Source of the DNA: an uncultured Candidatus Saccharibacteria bacterium
GTDB lineage: Bacteria > Patescibacteriota > Saccharimonadia > Saccharimonadales > SZUA-47
Direction: 5' to 3'
DNA: 35,305 bases
NCBI GenBank assembly: GCA_964550995.1
Contig: CAZKAL010000003.1
Location: forward strand, 1 to 35,305
Part shown: piece by piece, positions 6,969-16,229 of the stretch
Numbering within the stretch: the stretch's first letter is position 1
Layout of the letters: every line of letters begins with the position of its first letter
Notes under the pieces: model-generated
What the model was told of the DNA's origin: nothing
The model's input: only the letters and a program-made list of their open reading frames with translations
The model's database searches: none
Translations under genes and position numbers: made by a program

Positions 6969-8279
6969 ATGCTAACAAAGTTAAATAAGCTGAATAAGCT
7001 AAAAAATACTACCATTGGTAGTTTAAAAAGGCGCAGTAATAAACGATCAGACCAATACATCGTGGCTCTTGATATTGGAACGGAAAACGTTAAAGCGCTG
7101 ATAGGAAGAGTGGCTGAGGACGAAATAGAGATCGTTGGAGTAGGTAAAGCACACCAATCTCTAACAGATATGCAGGCGGGTGCAATTTCTGATATTGCGT
7201 CGGTAACAGCAAATTGTAATCGTGCTCTGGCAGAAGCCGAAAAGCAAGCCGGCGTTAGTGCTAGAGCAGTTGTAATTGGTATTGCAGGTGAGTTAGTCAA
7301 AGGAACAACCATAACCGTTAATGTGCAGCGCAAGGACGCGAAGAAAACACTTGAAATCCCTGAAGTGGAGCGAATTATTGAGTTAGTACAAAAGAGAGCC
7401 TTCGAAAGAGCCAAACATCAGATTACTGAAGAATTAGGTGGTAAAGACGTTGACGTTCAACTGGTCAACAGTGCGCTTGTAAGGATGGAGATAGATGGGT
7501 ATGCGGTAACAAACCCCGTCGGATTTAAAGGCAAAGAAGTCAAGGTCCAACTCTATACAGCTTTCGCACCTATGATTCACATCGGGGCACTTGAACAGGT
7601 GGCAAGCCAATTGGACATGGATCTTCTGGCCGTAGCGGCAGAGCCATTTGCAGTAGCCAGATCTGTTATTGGCGACTCTGAGGATTCAACTCTAAATGCA
7701 GTTTTGATGGATGTAGGGGGTGGAACAACGGATATAGCTGTATTATATGAGGGCGGCGTTCAAGGTACTAAAATATTTGGAATCGGAGGGCGAGCTTTCA
7801 CTCGTTCTGTTGAACGTGATCTCTCTTTAGATTTCAAGAAAGCCGAAGAAGTAAAAGTTAGTTTAACTAATGGTTCAGAAAGCAACCCACAGGCCAAAAA
7901 GGCCAAAAAAGCCTTAGCAAAAACAACTAAAGTTTGGCGTTCTGGTGTTGAACTAGCATTATCTGAGTTTGAAAGTCTAGATCATCTCCCTCATCACATA
8001 TTACTGTGTGGAGGTGGAGCTAGCTTGAAGTCCCTTACGGTTGAACTAGAAGAAACAGATTGGTATCGAGATCTGCCTTTTGCCCGCAAGCCAAGCGTTA
8101 GATTCATAACACCAGAAGTAGTTATTGGCATTACAGATATAACACAAGACCTCAAAGACCATACGTTTATTACTGCAATGGGGCTTTTACGCGTTGGGCT
8201 TGATACAATACTGCAAAGCGACTCTGATAATGACAAAGAAGGTGTTAGTGGTAAGATAAACAGGCTACTAAGGATTTAA
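6969..8279 (+). CDS. ftsA: FtsA-like actin-fold ATPase
   Basis: Phosphate-binding motifs ALDIGTENVK and MDVGGGTTDIAV. The FtsA-like segment is AGAISDIASVTANCNRALAEAEKQAGV. The basic C-terminal tail GKINRLLRI resembles a membrane-targeting helix. Start set at ATG 6969 (TATACT 6954-6959, 9 nt upstream). GTG 7062 is an alternative start. Confidence 0.7.
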   Translation: MLTKLNKLNKLKNTTIGSLKRRSNKRSDQYIVALDIGTENVKALIGRVAEDEIEIVGVGKAHQSLTDMQAGAISDIASVTANCNRALAEAEKQAGVSARAVVIGIAGELVKGTTITVNVQRKDAKKTLEIPEVERIIELVQKRAFERAKHQITEELGGKDVDVQLVNSALVRMEIDGYAVTNPVGFKGKEVKVQLYTAFAPMIHIGALEQVASQLDMDLLAVAAEPFAVARSVIGDSEDSTLNAVLMDVGGGTTDIAVLYEGGVQGTKIFGIGGRAFTRSVERDLSLDFKKAEEVKVSLTNGSESNPQAKKAKKALAKTTKVWRSGVELALSEFESLDHLPHHILLCGGGASLKSLTVELEETDWYRDLPFARKPSVRFITPEVVIGITDITQDLKDHTFITAMGLLRVGLDTILQSDSDNDKEGVSGKINRLLRI

Positions 8280-8283
8280 AGAC

Positions 8284-9939
8284 ATGGGTACTGCAACAAA
8301 AGACACACTGTACATAGAGGCTGACGACGAGATAACCACAATTATAGAAAAGGTTGTCTCCAGTAAGCATAAAGTTATTGCGGCCGTATTGCCAAAACAT
8401 GCGACTGTTTTTCAGAGTGCCGTTAACATGAAGTTGCTAAAAAAAGCAGCTACAGAGGCAAAAAAGAATCTAGTTTTGATAACATCAGAGCCAGCAATAA
8501 ACTCTATCGCTGGATTATCTGGCATGCATGTTGCAAAAACGTTAACTTCAAAACCGATCATCCCCAAAAAACCAAAAACATCAGATAGCGAGACTACAAT
8601 AACTACGGATGATGTAAACGTAGCTGATGAGAAGCTTGGAACAGATGAAAATGTACCATCAACAGATAAAGAAGAAACTGTAGAGCTGGACAATACAGAT
8701 CCTCTTGAATCTAAGGATTCAAAGGATAATATAGTTAAGGCCAAGAAGAAAAAGTTCAAAATTCCAGATTTCTCTAGTTTTAGGTTGCGACTTACGCTTG
8801 GAATACTTGCGATAATTCTTATCGGAGTCGGGTGGTTTTTCGGGTTTGTAGTATTACCAGAGGCAACAATAACAATAAATACAGACACTAGCCGTGTAGA
8901 CGTAAATACAGATTTTATAGCTAAGGTTGGGTTAGAGAAGGCTGATATAGCCAATAACGTCATCCCAGCTAAGAAAGTGGAGATAAAAAAAGAAGATAAG
9001 GTTACTGTGCCGGCAACGGGTGAGAAAAATGTTGGTGAAAAGGCATCGGGAGTTATGACTCTGACGAACTGTATAAAAAGTAATAACAATAACGGGATAA
9101 ACATTCCTGTTGGTACTGGCTTCAGCGTCGGTAGCTATACATTTGTTACTACAGAGAAGATATCTTTGGCTGCGGCAATATACCAAGGAGCTGATTGTCG
9201 GAGTGCAGACTTTCCTGGTCTAGGCGCAATAGGTGATGTTATGGTTGTTGCTAATCAGCCAGGTGACGGTGCGAATCTAGCCTCTAGAGATTATACTTCC
9301 AGTATTAGTGGGGTATTAGCTTTTGGATCTGATATGACAGGTGGAACTACCAAGCTAACCACTGTAGTTTCAGAGGAAGACATTAAGAACGCTACAGATA
9401 AGCTAACAGGTTCAAGTACAGCAGATGCAGTTGATGAATTAAAGGCTGAATTAAATTTAGCGGAATTTCAACCATTAGAGGAAACTCTACAAGAATCAGA
9501 CTCAAAAAATACAAATTCTGCCGCTGTTGACACTGAAGTAAGTGAACTTACCGTAACAAGGTCTGTAACCTATAGTATGTCGGGCGTTTCTGCCGAAGAT
9601 TTATCAACGCTTCTAGATAATAAGGTTCAAGAAAGTCTTGTCGATAAATCTCAGAATATCAGGTCAAATGGGCTTAGCAGTGCTGTATTTCAGCTAGTAG
9701 ACAAAACTTCAGATACCGACTTTACATTAAAAATTAAGACAGTCGCTACAATTGGCCCAGAGTTTGACGAGGCTAGTATTAAGCAAGAAATTTCAGGTAA
9801 AAAGCGTGGGGAAGTACAGAAAATATTAGAAAATCGTCAAGGTGTTAAATCTGTTAATGTGGAGTTTAGTCCATTCTGGGTCTTTCAAGTTCCAGATAAG
9901 CCAGGTAGAATAACCATACTTATAAATGAGCAGAATTAA
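8284..9939 (+). CDS. Conserved-looking bitopic membrane protein of unknown function, coupled to the ftsA-like gene
   Basis: A ~90-aa soluble N-domain and an acidic linker precede the TM LTLGILAIILIGVGWFFGFVVLP and a ~350-aa ectodomain. It starts 4 nt after the ftsA-like stop and overlaps ruvX by 14 nt. Confidence 0.7.
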   Translation: MGTATKDTLYIEADDEITTIIEKVVSSKHKVIAAVLPKHATVFQSAVNMKLLKKAATEAKKNLVLITSEPAINSIAGLSGMHVAKTLTSKPIIPKKPKTSDSETTITTDDVNVADEKLGTDENVPSTDKEETVELDNTDPLESKDSKDNIVKAKKKKFKIPDFSSFRLRLTLGILAIILIGVGWFFGFVVLPEATITINTDTSRVDVNTDFIAKVGLEKADIANNVIPAKKVEIKKEDKVTVPATGEKNVGEKASGVMTLTNCIKSNNNNGINIPVGTGFSVGSYTFVTTEKISLAAAIYQGADCRSADFPGLGAIGDVMVVANQPGDGANLASRDYTSSISGVLAFGSDMTGGTTKLTTVVSEEDIKNATDKLTGSSTADAVDELKAELNLAEFQPLEETLQESDSKNTNSAAVDTEVSELTVTRSVTYSMSGVSAEDLSTLLDNKVQESLVDKSQNIRSNGLSSAVFQLVDKTSDTDFTLKIKTVATIGPEFDEASIKQEISGKKRGEVQKILENRQGVKSVNVEFSPFWVFQVPDKPGRITILINEQN

Positions 9940-10357
9940 ATTACATGGCGACATAGTTGGGTTGGATCTAGGGACTTCTCGAACGGGTGTAGCTAGGTTG
10001 AACACGGTAGCACGCATTGCCGAACCTCTAGAAGTTATTGATATGAAAAGTAATGACCTGGAGATACAAGTTGCGGAAGTAGTGAATAAGAGTGGCGCTT
10101 GCGCTATTGTAGCTGGTTTACCGCGTGGTTTAGACGGACAAGTAACAGATCAGACTAAATGGGCCGAAAAGGTAGTAGAAAAGCTCCAGAATAGCTTAAA
10201 CGTACCGGTATTTACTATCGACGAGGCTGGAACAACCAAGAAGGCCGAATCTATAATACAGCCCAATCAGAGCATTGATAGCGTGGCTGCGGGGGTGCTG
10301 TTAGAGGATTTTGCAGGAGAAGTGTTAGCTGGAAGGATTGAAAATGTCAGTTTTTAA
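9926..10357 (+). CDS. ruvX: YqgF/RuvX putative pre-16S rRNA nuclease (Holliday junction resolvase-like)
   Basis: IVGLDLGTSRTGVA and AIVAGLPRGLDGQ signatures; 143 aa. Confidence 0.85.
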   Translation: MSRIKLHGDIVGLDLGTSRTGVARLNTVARIAEPLEVIDMKSNDLEIQVAEVVNKSGACAIVAGLPRGLDGQVTDQTKWAEKVVEKLQNSLNVPVFTIDEAGTTKKAESIIQPNQSIDSVAAGVLLEDFAGEVLAGRIENVSF

Positions 10358-11393
10358 CTACAAAGAACAGATGAAATTCAAAAAAAGCTGGTTAAAGCGA
10401 ATAATATTAGGTTCCACTATTTTGCTGGTTTTGGGTATTAGTGTGATAATTTTTGGGTATAAAACTAGCATTCGACCCGTTGATCTAAATAATGAAACAA
10501 TTCAGGATATTACTATCGATAAAGGATCAAGCGAAAATGATATTAGCCGTACACTTAAGGATAATGGGTTAATTAATTCGTCGTTTTGGTATCAAATGTA
10601 CACCCGTATTAACAGGGTAAGTGGCGAGACACAGGCAGGTGTCTATGAATTATCGCCATCCATGAGTGTGTCAGATATAGTTAACAAGCTAACTAATGGT
10701 GACGTTAAGGTAAATTTAATGACTATTTTACCTGGGCAACGACTTGAAGACATTAAGCAAGTGTTCCTTAAGAAAGGCTACACATTAGAAGAGATCGACA
10801 GTGCTATGGACCCTATGAATTACGTCAATCACCCAGCGCTTGTCAATAAACCAAAATCAGCAACTCTAGAGGGATATCTCTATCCTGAAAGCTTTCAATA
10901 CACTTCTACAACACCACTAAGAGCAATAATCGAGTCGTCACTTGATAAAATGGCGGAATTATTTACTCCTGAAATAAAACAAAAACTACAAGAAGAAGGA
11001 TTATCCTTGCATCAAGCGGTAACATTAGCATCGATTGTCGAAAAAGAAGTAAGCAAAAATGAGGATAAACCCACCGTCGCTCAAGTATTTTTGACACGTT
11101 ATTCTCGAGGTATAGCTTTAGGCTCAGATGTTACGGCATTTTACGGCGCCTCCCTGGTCGGTAAAGATGAATCTGTAAGCACAGATACTATATACAATAC
11201 TCGGATACACTCCGGATTACCTCCTGGTCCTATCAGTAATGTATCAATGGACTCTCTATTAGCGGTTGCTAATCCATCAACTACTGATTATCTATATTTT
11301 GTTGCAGGTGATGATGGAGTAACGTATTTTTCGCATACACTTGCTGAGCATGAAGCTTTAGCGGCCCAACACTGTAAAATACTCTGTCAATAA
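10344..11393 (+). CDS. mltG: Endolytic murein transglycosylase MltG (YceG-like)
   Basis: N-terminal TM, catalytic-region pattern LASIVEKE, and GLPPGPISN. Start moved from TTG 10338 to ATG 10344, which has GGAAGGA (10331-10337) 6 nt upstream. Confidence 0.9.
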   Translation: MSVFNYKEQMKFKKSWLKRIILGSTILLVLGISVIIFGYKTSIRPVDLNNETIQDITIDKGSSENDISRTLKDNGLINSSFWYQMYTRINRVSGETQAGVYELSPSMSVSDIVNKLTNGDVKVNLMTILPGQRLEDIKQVFLKKGYTLEEIDSAMDPMNYVNHPALVNKPKSATLEGYLYPESFQYTSTTPLRAIIESSLDKMAELFTPEIKQKLQEEGLSLHQAVTLASIVEKEVSKNEDKPTVAQVFLTRYSRGIALGSDVTAFYGASLVGKDESVSTDTIYNTRIHSGLPPGPISNVSMDSLLAVANPSTTDYLYFVAGDDGVTYFSHTLAEHEALAAQHCKILCQ

Positions 11394-11429
11394 TGGTATT
11401 AGTGACTGTTTGTGGTTAATGCAGAAGTA

Positions 11430-11458
11430 TTGACAAAAAACGGTCTATTCTCTATACT
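11430..11458 (+). promoter_or_regulatory. Near-consensus sigma70-type promoter (TTGACA-17 nt-TATACT)
   Basis: TTGACA at 11430-11435, an exactly 17-nt spacer, and TATACT at 11453-11458. It lies ~190 nt upstream of the LysM-CHAP start. Confidence 0.6.
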
Positions 11459-11464
11459 CTATCC

Positions 11465-11650
11465 TCGTAGTTGTTAATAGAAAAGCTGTACAGTTGCAAT
11501 AAAAGCAATCAGTTGTACACTTAAAAAAGCGACTACAAATTAAGTTGAGAATTAGGAAAAAATTAAAGGCACACTACCAGAAATATCCAATAGTGCCAGG
11601 AGATTTATATCCGTACACAAATAGAATCTGTTAATGATACGCCAAAAGCG
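11465..11650 (+). promoter_or_regulatory. Long structured 5' leader or small RNA upstream of the LysM-CHAP hydrolase
   Basis: The closing stem GTAGTTGT (11467-11474) pairs with GCGACTAC (11529-11536, with 2 G-U pairs). It encloses the hairpin TGTACA..TTGC/GCAA..TGTACA (11487-11519). A second hairpin is GGCAC(A)CTA/TAGTGCC (11568-11597). No plausible ORF is present. Confidence 0.3.
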
Positions 11651-12748
11651 TTGGCTAAACAGGTAAATACCGCTGCTAAATCGGTAAATAAGAACTTAAA
11701 GAGACGCTACTTTCGAAGTAAAAAGCGCGCTGTTCGCTATAGCCTAGTTATAGTGAATGTCATGTTGTTTATAGGAGTAGCTTCATTTATTGTAGCTAAT
11801 CGCCCAAACTCATCTAATGCTTCTGCCCCTATCTTATTATCTACCGCAAAAAGTGATGAAATATCTGATCCACTAGACGTAATAAGCGGAGCAGATATAG
11901 CCGTTAATATCGCTCAGCTTACACGTATGGATGAGACCGTTGCCGTTACAAATAATGCTGATTCAGTTAATACCCAACTAGATACAATTCCGTCCGGTGT
12001 TCAAGTTGTCGCTAAGCCGCAAATCGTTAAAACTAGCTTAAAATCTGTTAAAGATGTAGTTAACTACACTGCTGTAGAAGGTGATACTGTATCTGCTCTT
12101 GCTAAAAAGTTTGGTGTTTCGTCTAATAGTATAAAATGGTCAAACAGTTTGGCACACAACAGCATAACCGTGGGTAAAAAATTGACAATACCTCCAGTCG
12201 AAGGTTTTGTCTATAAGGTAAAAGACGGAGATACCGCCAAGTCTCTAGCTTCAAAATATACGTCATCTGAGTCAAAGATTACTGCCTTTAATGACGTAGA
12301 GTTAACAGGATTAGTTGCTGGCCAGAACATAGTGATTCCAGATGGCAAGATTTCGGCTCCTGCTCGATCATCATATCGACATGCTGTTTATTCTTCTGTA
12401 GAAAACTCTGGATATAATGGCTATGACTATGGGTATTGTACGTATTATGTAGCAAACAAAATTAAAGTACCTGTTAACTGGGGTGATGCTAAATGGTGGG
12501 ATGATAATGCGTCTCGGACACCAGGCTGGGGTGTTCTGTACAATCCAGGTGCTGGTGAGGTACCGGCTGGGGCTGTATTGGTTAGCAATAGTGGCTACTA
12601 CGGTCACGTTGCATATGTAGAACGTGTTAATGCTGATGGAAGTCTATATATTACAGAAATGAATGCAAATTGGCATTGGAATGTTACGTCAAGCAGAACA
12701 ATACCTGCAGACCGTATCGGTGCCTACAATTATGTTGTTAAATACTAA
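11651..12748 (+). CDS. Secreted or anchored peptidoglycan hydrolase: signal-anchor + 2 LysM + CHAP domain
   Basis: Basic N-terminus plus TM. LysM repeats are YTAVEGDTVSALAKKFGVSSNSIKWSN...LTIP and YKVKDGDTAKSLASKY...NIVIP. The CHAP-like C-terminus is GYCTYYVANK...GHVAYVERVNADGSLYITEMN. The TTG start is uncertain. Confidence 0.85.
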   Translation: MAKQVNTAAKSVNKNLKRRYFRSKKRAVRYSLVIVNVMLFIGVASFIVANRPNSSNASAPILLSTAKSDEISDPLDVISGADIAVNIAQLTRMDETVAVTNNADSVNTQLDTIPSGVQVVAKPQIVKTSLKSVKDVVNYTAVEGDTVSALAKKFGVSSNSIKWSNSLAHNSITVGKKLTIPPVEGFVYKVKDGDTAKSLASKYTSSESKITAFNDVELTGLVAGQNIVIPDGKISAPARSSYRHAVYSSVENSGYNGYDYGYCTYYVANKIKVPVNWGDAKWWDDNASRTPGWGVLYNPGAGEVPAGAVLVSNSGYYGHVAYVERVNADGSLYITEMNANWHWNVTSSRTIPADRIGAYNYVVKY

Positions 12749-12824
12749 AGATGAGAGACAATGGTTCTAGATCAGGTTTCTAACACTAGATACTAAATAC
12801 TAACTACTGTATACTACCCCTGAT

Positions 12825-14102
12825 ATGTTTGTAGATTCAGCAAAAGTTATGGTTCGGGCGGGCAAAGGCGGTAGTGGAATAATAAGCTTCCGCCACGAGC
12901 GCTATGTTTCACTTGGAGGACCTGACGGTGGCGATGGTGGGAATGGCGGAGACGTTGTATTTATAGCAAATTTCAACCAAAACACATTATCAAGATTCAG
13001 GATTAGTAAAGAATTAAAAGCAAGCGATGGCGCAAATGGCGCAAATGCAAAATGTCACGGTAAAAGAGGTAAAGATTTAGAGGTGTTGGTACCCGTTGGT
13101 ACTCAAGTGCGCGTAGGTGGAAAAACTATAGCCGATTTTACAGAAGATGGCCAAAGAGAAGTTATTGCGGTTGGAGGCAGAGGAGGATTTGGGAATGCCC
13201 ACTTTACGACTAGTGTTCGGCAAGCACCTAGAATTGCCGAAAAAGGAGATGATGGGGAAGCCTTTGAGCTAGAGCTTGAATTAAAAATCATTGCTGATGT
13301 TGGATTGGTGGGATTACCAAACGCCGGCAAAAGCACTTTTCTTGCTAGTACTAGTTCTGCAAAACCTAAAATTGCTAACTACCCGTTTACGACACTAAAC
13401 CCACATCTGGGCGTAGTAAAAGTAGCCAAAGACCAAGAACTATTAATGGCAGATATACCAGGCTTAATAGACGGAGCGAGTGAAGGAAAAGGGCTAGGAG
13501 ATGAATTTTTGCGACATGTTGAACGTACAAAGATTTTATTGCATATGATTGATTCTTATTCAGATGATATTGTACGGGATTATAAAATAATTCAGAAAGA
13601 ATTGAAAAACTATAGGGTAGATTTAAGTAAGAAACCACAAATTATCGCACTAACTAAGATTGATGGTCTTGATGCAGACATAGTGCAAGATCAAATCAAA
13701 ACACTTAAAAAAGTTTCAAAAAAAGCGGAAATATTTACTGTTTCTTCTATCAGTGGCGAAGGGTTAAAAAAATTACTGTATAAGCTATATGAAGTTACGG
13801 ATAAGCAAAGGATAGCCGAAGCTAAAAAAGAAGCAGAGGAAGACAGTAAAATTCCAGTTATTGGAGTTTCTGATGATGTTGAAGCCTGGAGTATAGAAGT
13901 TCAAAGGCGAAGAATAATTATAAGTGGTAAAAAAATCGAGCGTTTCGCTAATCGGACTGATTTTAACAGCGAAGAAGCGGTTAGTCGTCTGCGGGATATT
14001 ATGCGAAAAATGGGAATAATGCGAGACCTTGAGCGAAAAGATATAGAACTTGGAGCAAAAATATATTTTGCAGATAACCGGGAAAACTTCTTAGAATACT
14101 AG
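12825..14102 (+). CDS. obg: GTPase Obg/CgtA
   Basis: Glycine-rich Obg fold (GGPDGGDGGNGGDVVF), G1 GLPNAGKST, G3 DIPG, G4 TKID, and a C-terminal OCT-like extension. Confidence 0.95.
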   Translation: MFVDSAKVMVRAGKGGSGIISFRHERYVSLGGPDGGDGGNGGDVVFIANFNQNTLSRFRISKELKASDGANGANAKCHGKRGKDLEVLVPVGTQVRVGGKTIADFTEDGQREVIAVGGRGGFGNAHFTTSVRQAPRIAEKGDDGEAFELELELKIIADVGLVGLPNAGKSTFLASTSSAKPKIANYPFTTLNPHLGVVKVAKDQELLMADIPGLIDGASEGKGLGDEFLRHVERTKILLHMIDSYSDDIVRDYKIIQKELKNYRVDLSKKPQIIALTKIDGLDADIVQDQIKTLKKVSKKAEIFTVSSISGEGLKKLLYKLYEVTDKQRIAEAKKEAEEDSKIPVIGVSDDVEAWSIEVQRRRIIISGKKIERFANRTDFNSEEAVSRLRDIMRKMGIMRDLERKDIELGAKIYFADNRENFLEY

Positions 14103-14233
14103 ATAAAAAATTCGAACCCAGTTATTTTATTACATAAGACAATTTAAGCCCTAGATAGACCAGAATGGCCATATATCCATAGTTTGTTTAGCTAGACTAT
14201 GAGATTCAGGCTACTGAGTTTACACTATATGTT

Positions 14234-15679
14234 ATGACGTACTATTTTTATGATTTAGAGACCACGAGTGCTAGTCCTCGCAGTGGCCGAATAATGCAAT
14301 TTGCTGGACAGAGGACTGATGTGGATTTAAAACCACTCGGAGATCCAGATAATGTCTTGATTAAGCTTGCAGGTGATGTTTTACCTGAGCCCGATGCGAT
14401 CTTAGTTCATGGGATAACTCCACAAAAAACACTAGAAGAAGGCCTAACGGAGGCTGAATTTGCAGAATTTTTTGAAAATGAGGTCTCGCTAGCAGGTACG
14501 ATATTTATCGGATTTAATAACATACGCTTTGACGATGAGTTTATCAGAAGGATTTCCTACAGGACTTTTCGAGATCCATATCAATGGCACTGGAAAGACG
14601 GTAGAGGTCGCTGGGACTTACTGGATGCTATCCGTATGATGCGTGCCTTGCGCCCTGAAGGATTAAAATGGCCAATTGTAGACGGAAAACCATCTGTAAG
14701 ATTAGAGCTAATGGCAAGTGAGAACGGATTAACACACGATAATGCTCACGATGCAATGAGTGATGTAATTGCACTAATTGAGTTGACACAGAGATTTAAA
14801 GAAGCTCAGCCGAAACTTTTTGATTATTTGTTGAGTATTAGAGACAAAAAATCAGTCTCAAAACTAGTTGAAGGTAATAAGCCTTTTGTTTATTCTTCAG
14901 GGAAGTATAGTAACGAATTTGAAAAGACAACAGTTGTCAGTACTTTGTTTAAACATCCACGTCGTGATACGGCGGTAGTTTATGATCTGCGTGAGGATCC
15001 GACTAAATGGTTAGGAAAAAGTACCCAAGATCTAGCAAAGCACTGGTTAGCTAGGTACGATAGTGAGTTAGAAAAATTGCCGGTCAAGATGTTGCAATAT
15101 AACCGCTGTCCTGCCGTCGCACCACTTGGAGTGCTAGATGATGCAAGCATAAAACGTATATCGGTAGATCTTGAAGCTATTGAGAAAAACAGAAAAATCA
15201 TAGCAGAAAACCCTAATTTTGTTAAAAAAATCGAAGGTGCACTGGACATAGTAGAGAACGAACAACAGGGTAGGCTACCATTAAATGATAAAGTAGATGA
15301 CCAGATGTATGATGGCTTTTGGGTGGGTAGTGATCAAGCTGAATTATCTGAGGTGAGTTCGGCAAGCCCAGATGAACTGACAAAATTATCAACTACCGTA
15401 AAAAATAAGCGCATAAGAGAGATGATACCGTTATTTAAAGCACGTAATTATCCCAAAAGTCTAACTGCCGTGGAAGCTTCACAGTGGGAGTCTTATCGTA
15501 AGGATTTTTTTACAAAAGGTGGAACCAACAGTCCGATTAACAAATTCTACAACCGCATGGCAGACATTGCTAAGACGCGCAAACTTAGTAGTAATGACGA
15601 ATATTTGCTTACGGAATTACAGCTTTATGTTGAATCAATATTACCAATAGACGAATCAGAGAATCAAGACCAGAGTTAG
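14234..15679 (+). CDS. sbcB: Exodeoxyribonuclease I
   Basis: The DEDDh N-terminus YFYDLETTSASPRSGRIMQFAGQRTD and HDAMSDV are colinear with SbcB at similar length (481 aa). Confidence 0.88.
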   Translation: MTYYFYDLETTSASPRSGRIMQFAGQRTDVDLKPLGDPDNVLIKLAGDVLPEPDAILVHGITPQKTLEEGLTEAEFAEFFENEVSLAGTIFIGFNNIRFDDEFIRRISYRTFRDPYQWHWKDGRGRWDLLDAIRMMRALRPEGLKWPIVDGKPSVRLELMASENGLTHDNAHDAMSDVIALIELTQRFKEAQPKLFDYLLSIRDKKSVSKLVEGNKPFVYSSGKYSNEFEKTTVVSTLFKHPRRDTAVVYDLREDPTKWLGKSTQDLAKHWLARYDSELEKLPVKMLQYNRCPAVAPLGVLDDASIKRISVDLEAIEKNRKIIAENPNFVKKIEGALDIVENEQQGRLPLNDKVDDQMYDGFWVGSDQAELSEVSSASPDELTKLSTTVKNKRIREMIPLFKARNYPKSLTAVEASQWESYRKDFFTKGGTNSPINKFYNRMADIAKTRKLSSNDEYLLTELQLYVESILPIDESENQDQS

Positions 15680-15710
15680 ACTTCATCTAGGCTAATTTTG
15701 TAGGGTAGAT

Positions 15711-16136
15711 TTATCGTTTACCGGTGCGTCGTAGGAATTTATCAAGCCATGAAAGCCGGTTACGATTTAGCATGAAGATAGTCGTTGCTCCTGCCATGAT
15801 TCCAATGCCCATTCCTTGCAGTATCCAATAATCGGCTGCGGTATTAAGCCAGATGCCTAAAATAAGTATTAATGCAGATAAAAAATCCCATGCCCGCTTG
15901 ACCCAAAGTATGTTTGGGAATAAAACGCTTTGAAGACTTTCGCTATGCTTCTTTATAAAGTGTATGACATTGTCTGCCCAGTCGTGATTTACAGCAAAAA
16001 ACCCAAAGGCTGCAAGTAGCAAGGGAATGCCACCAGGACCTGGTAGAGGCCCAATTATTGGAACTAAAATAAGCAGCACAACTCCGGTTATGTCCCAGAG
16101 TATAACTTTCCATAATGGGTTTTTTCGCTTAGTCAT
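15711..16136 (-). CDS. PGPGW-family small membrane protein
   Basis: 4 predicted TM segments and an IIGPLPGPGGIPLLLAAF motif. Confidence 0.7.
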   Translation of the reverse strand: MTKRKNPLWKVILWDITGVVLLILVPIIGPLPGPGGIPLLLAAFGFFAVNHDWADNVIHFIKKHSESLQSVLFPNILWVKRAWDFLSALILILGIWLNTAADYWILQGMGIGIMAGATTIFMLNRNRLSWLDKFLRRTGKR

Positions 16137-16229
16137 AACTATAAAGTGTAGTATACGCTACAATATCCAACCTGCGACAATTTGTGATAGTCTTTAGTTA
16201 ATATAACATGTGTAATAAGAGGAGTGACA

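Noticed and set aside
8412-9104. 230-aa antisense ORF (also 6902..7414, 16577..16969 and 21697..22020 on the minus strand)
   Set aside because: All lie fully inside well-supported sense genes and have low-complexity S/F/L/T-rich translations typical of the reverse complement of purine-rich coding sequence. They have no start signals.
11465-11650. ydaO-type c-di-AMP riboswitch upstream of the cell-wall hydrolase
   Set aside because: The context fits, but the leader lacks the G-rich conserved cores of that class as far as I can recall them. It is kept only as an unclassified structured leader.
14111-14119. TTCGAACCC, a tRNA T-arm-like string in the obg-sbcB spacer
   Set aside because: It is preceded by an A-run. 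No acceptor, D or anticodon stems can be drawn around it.
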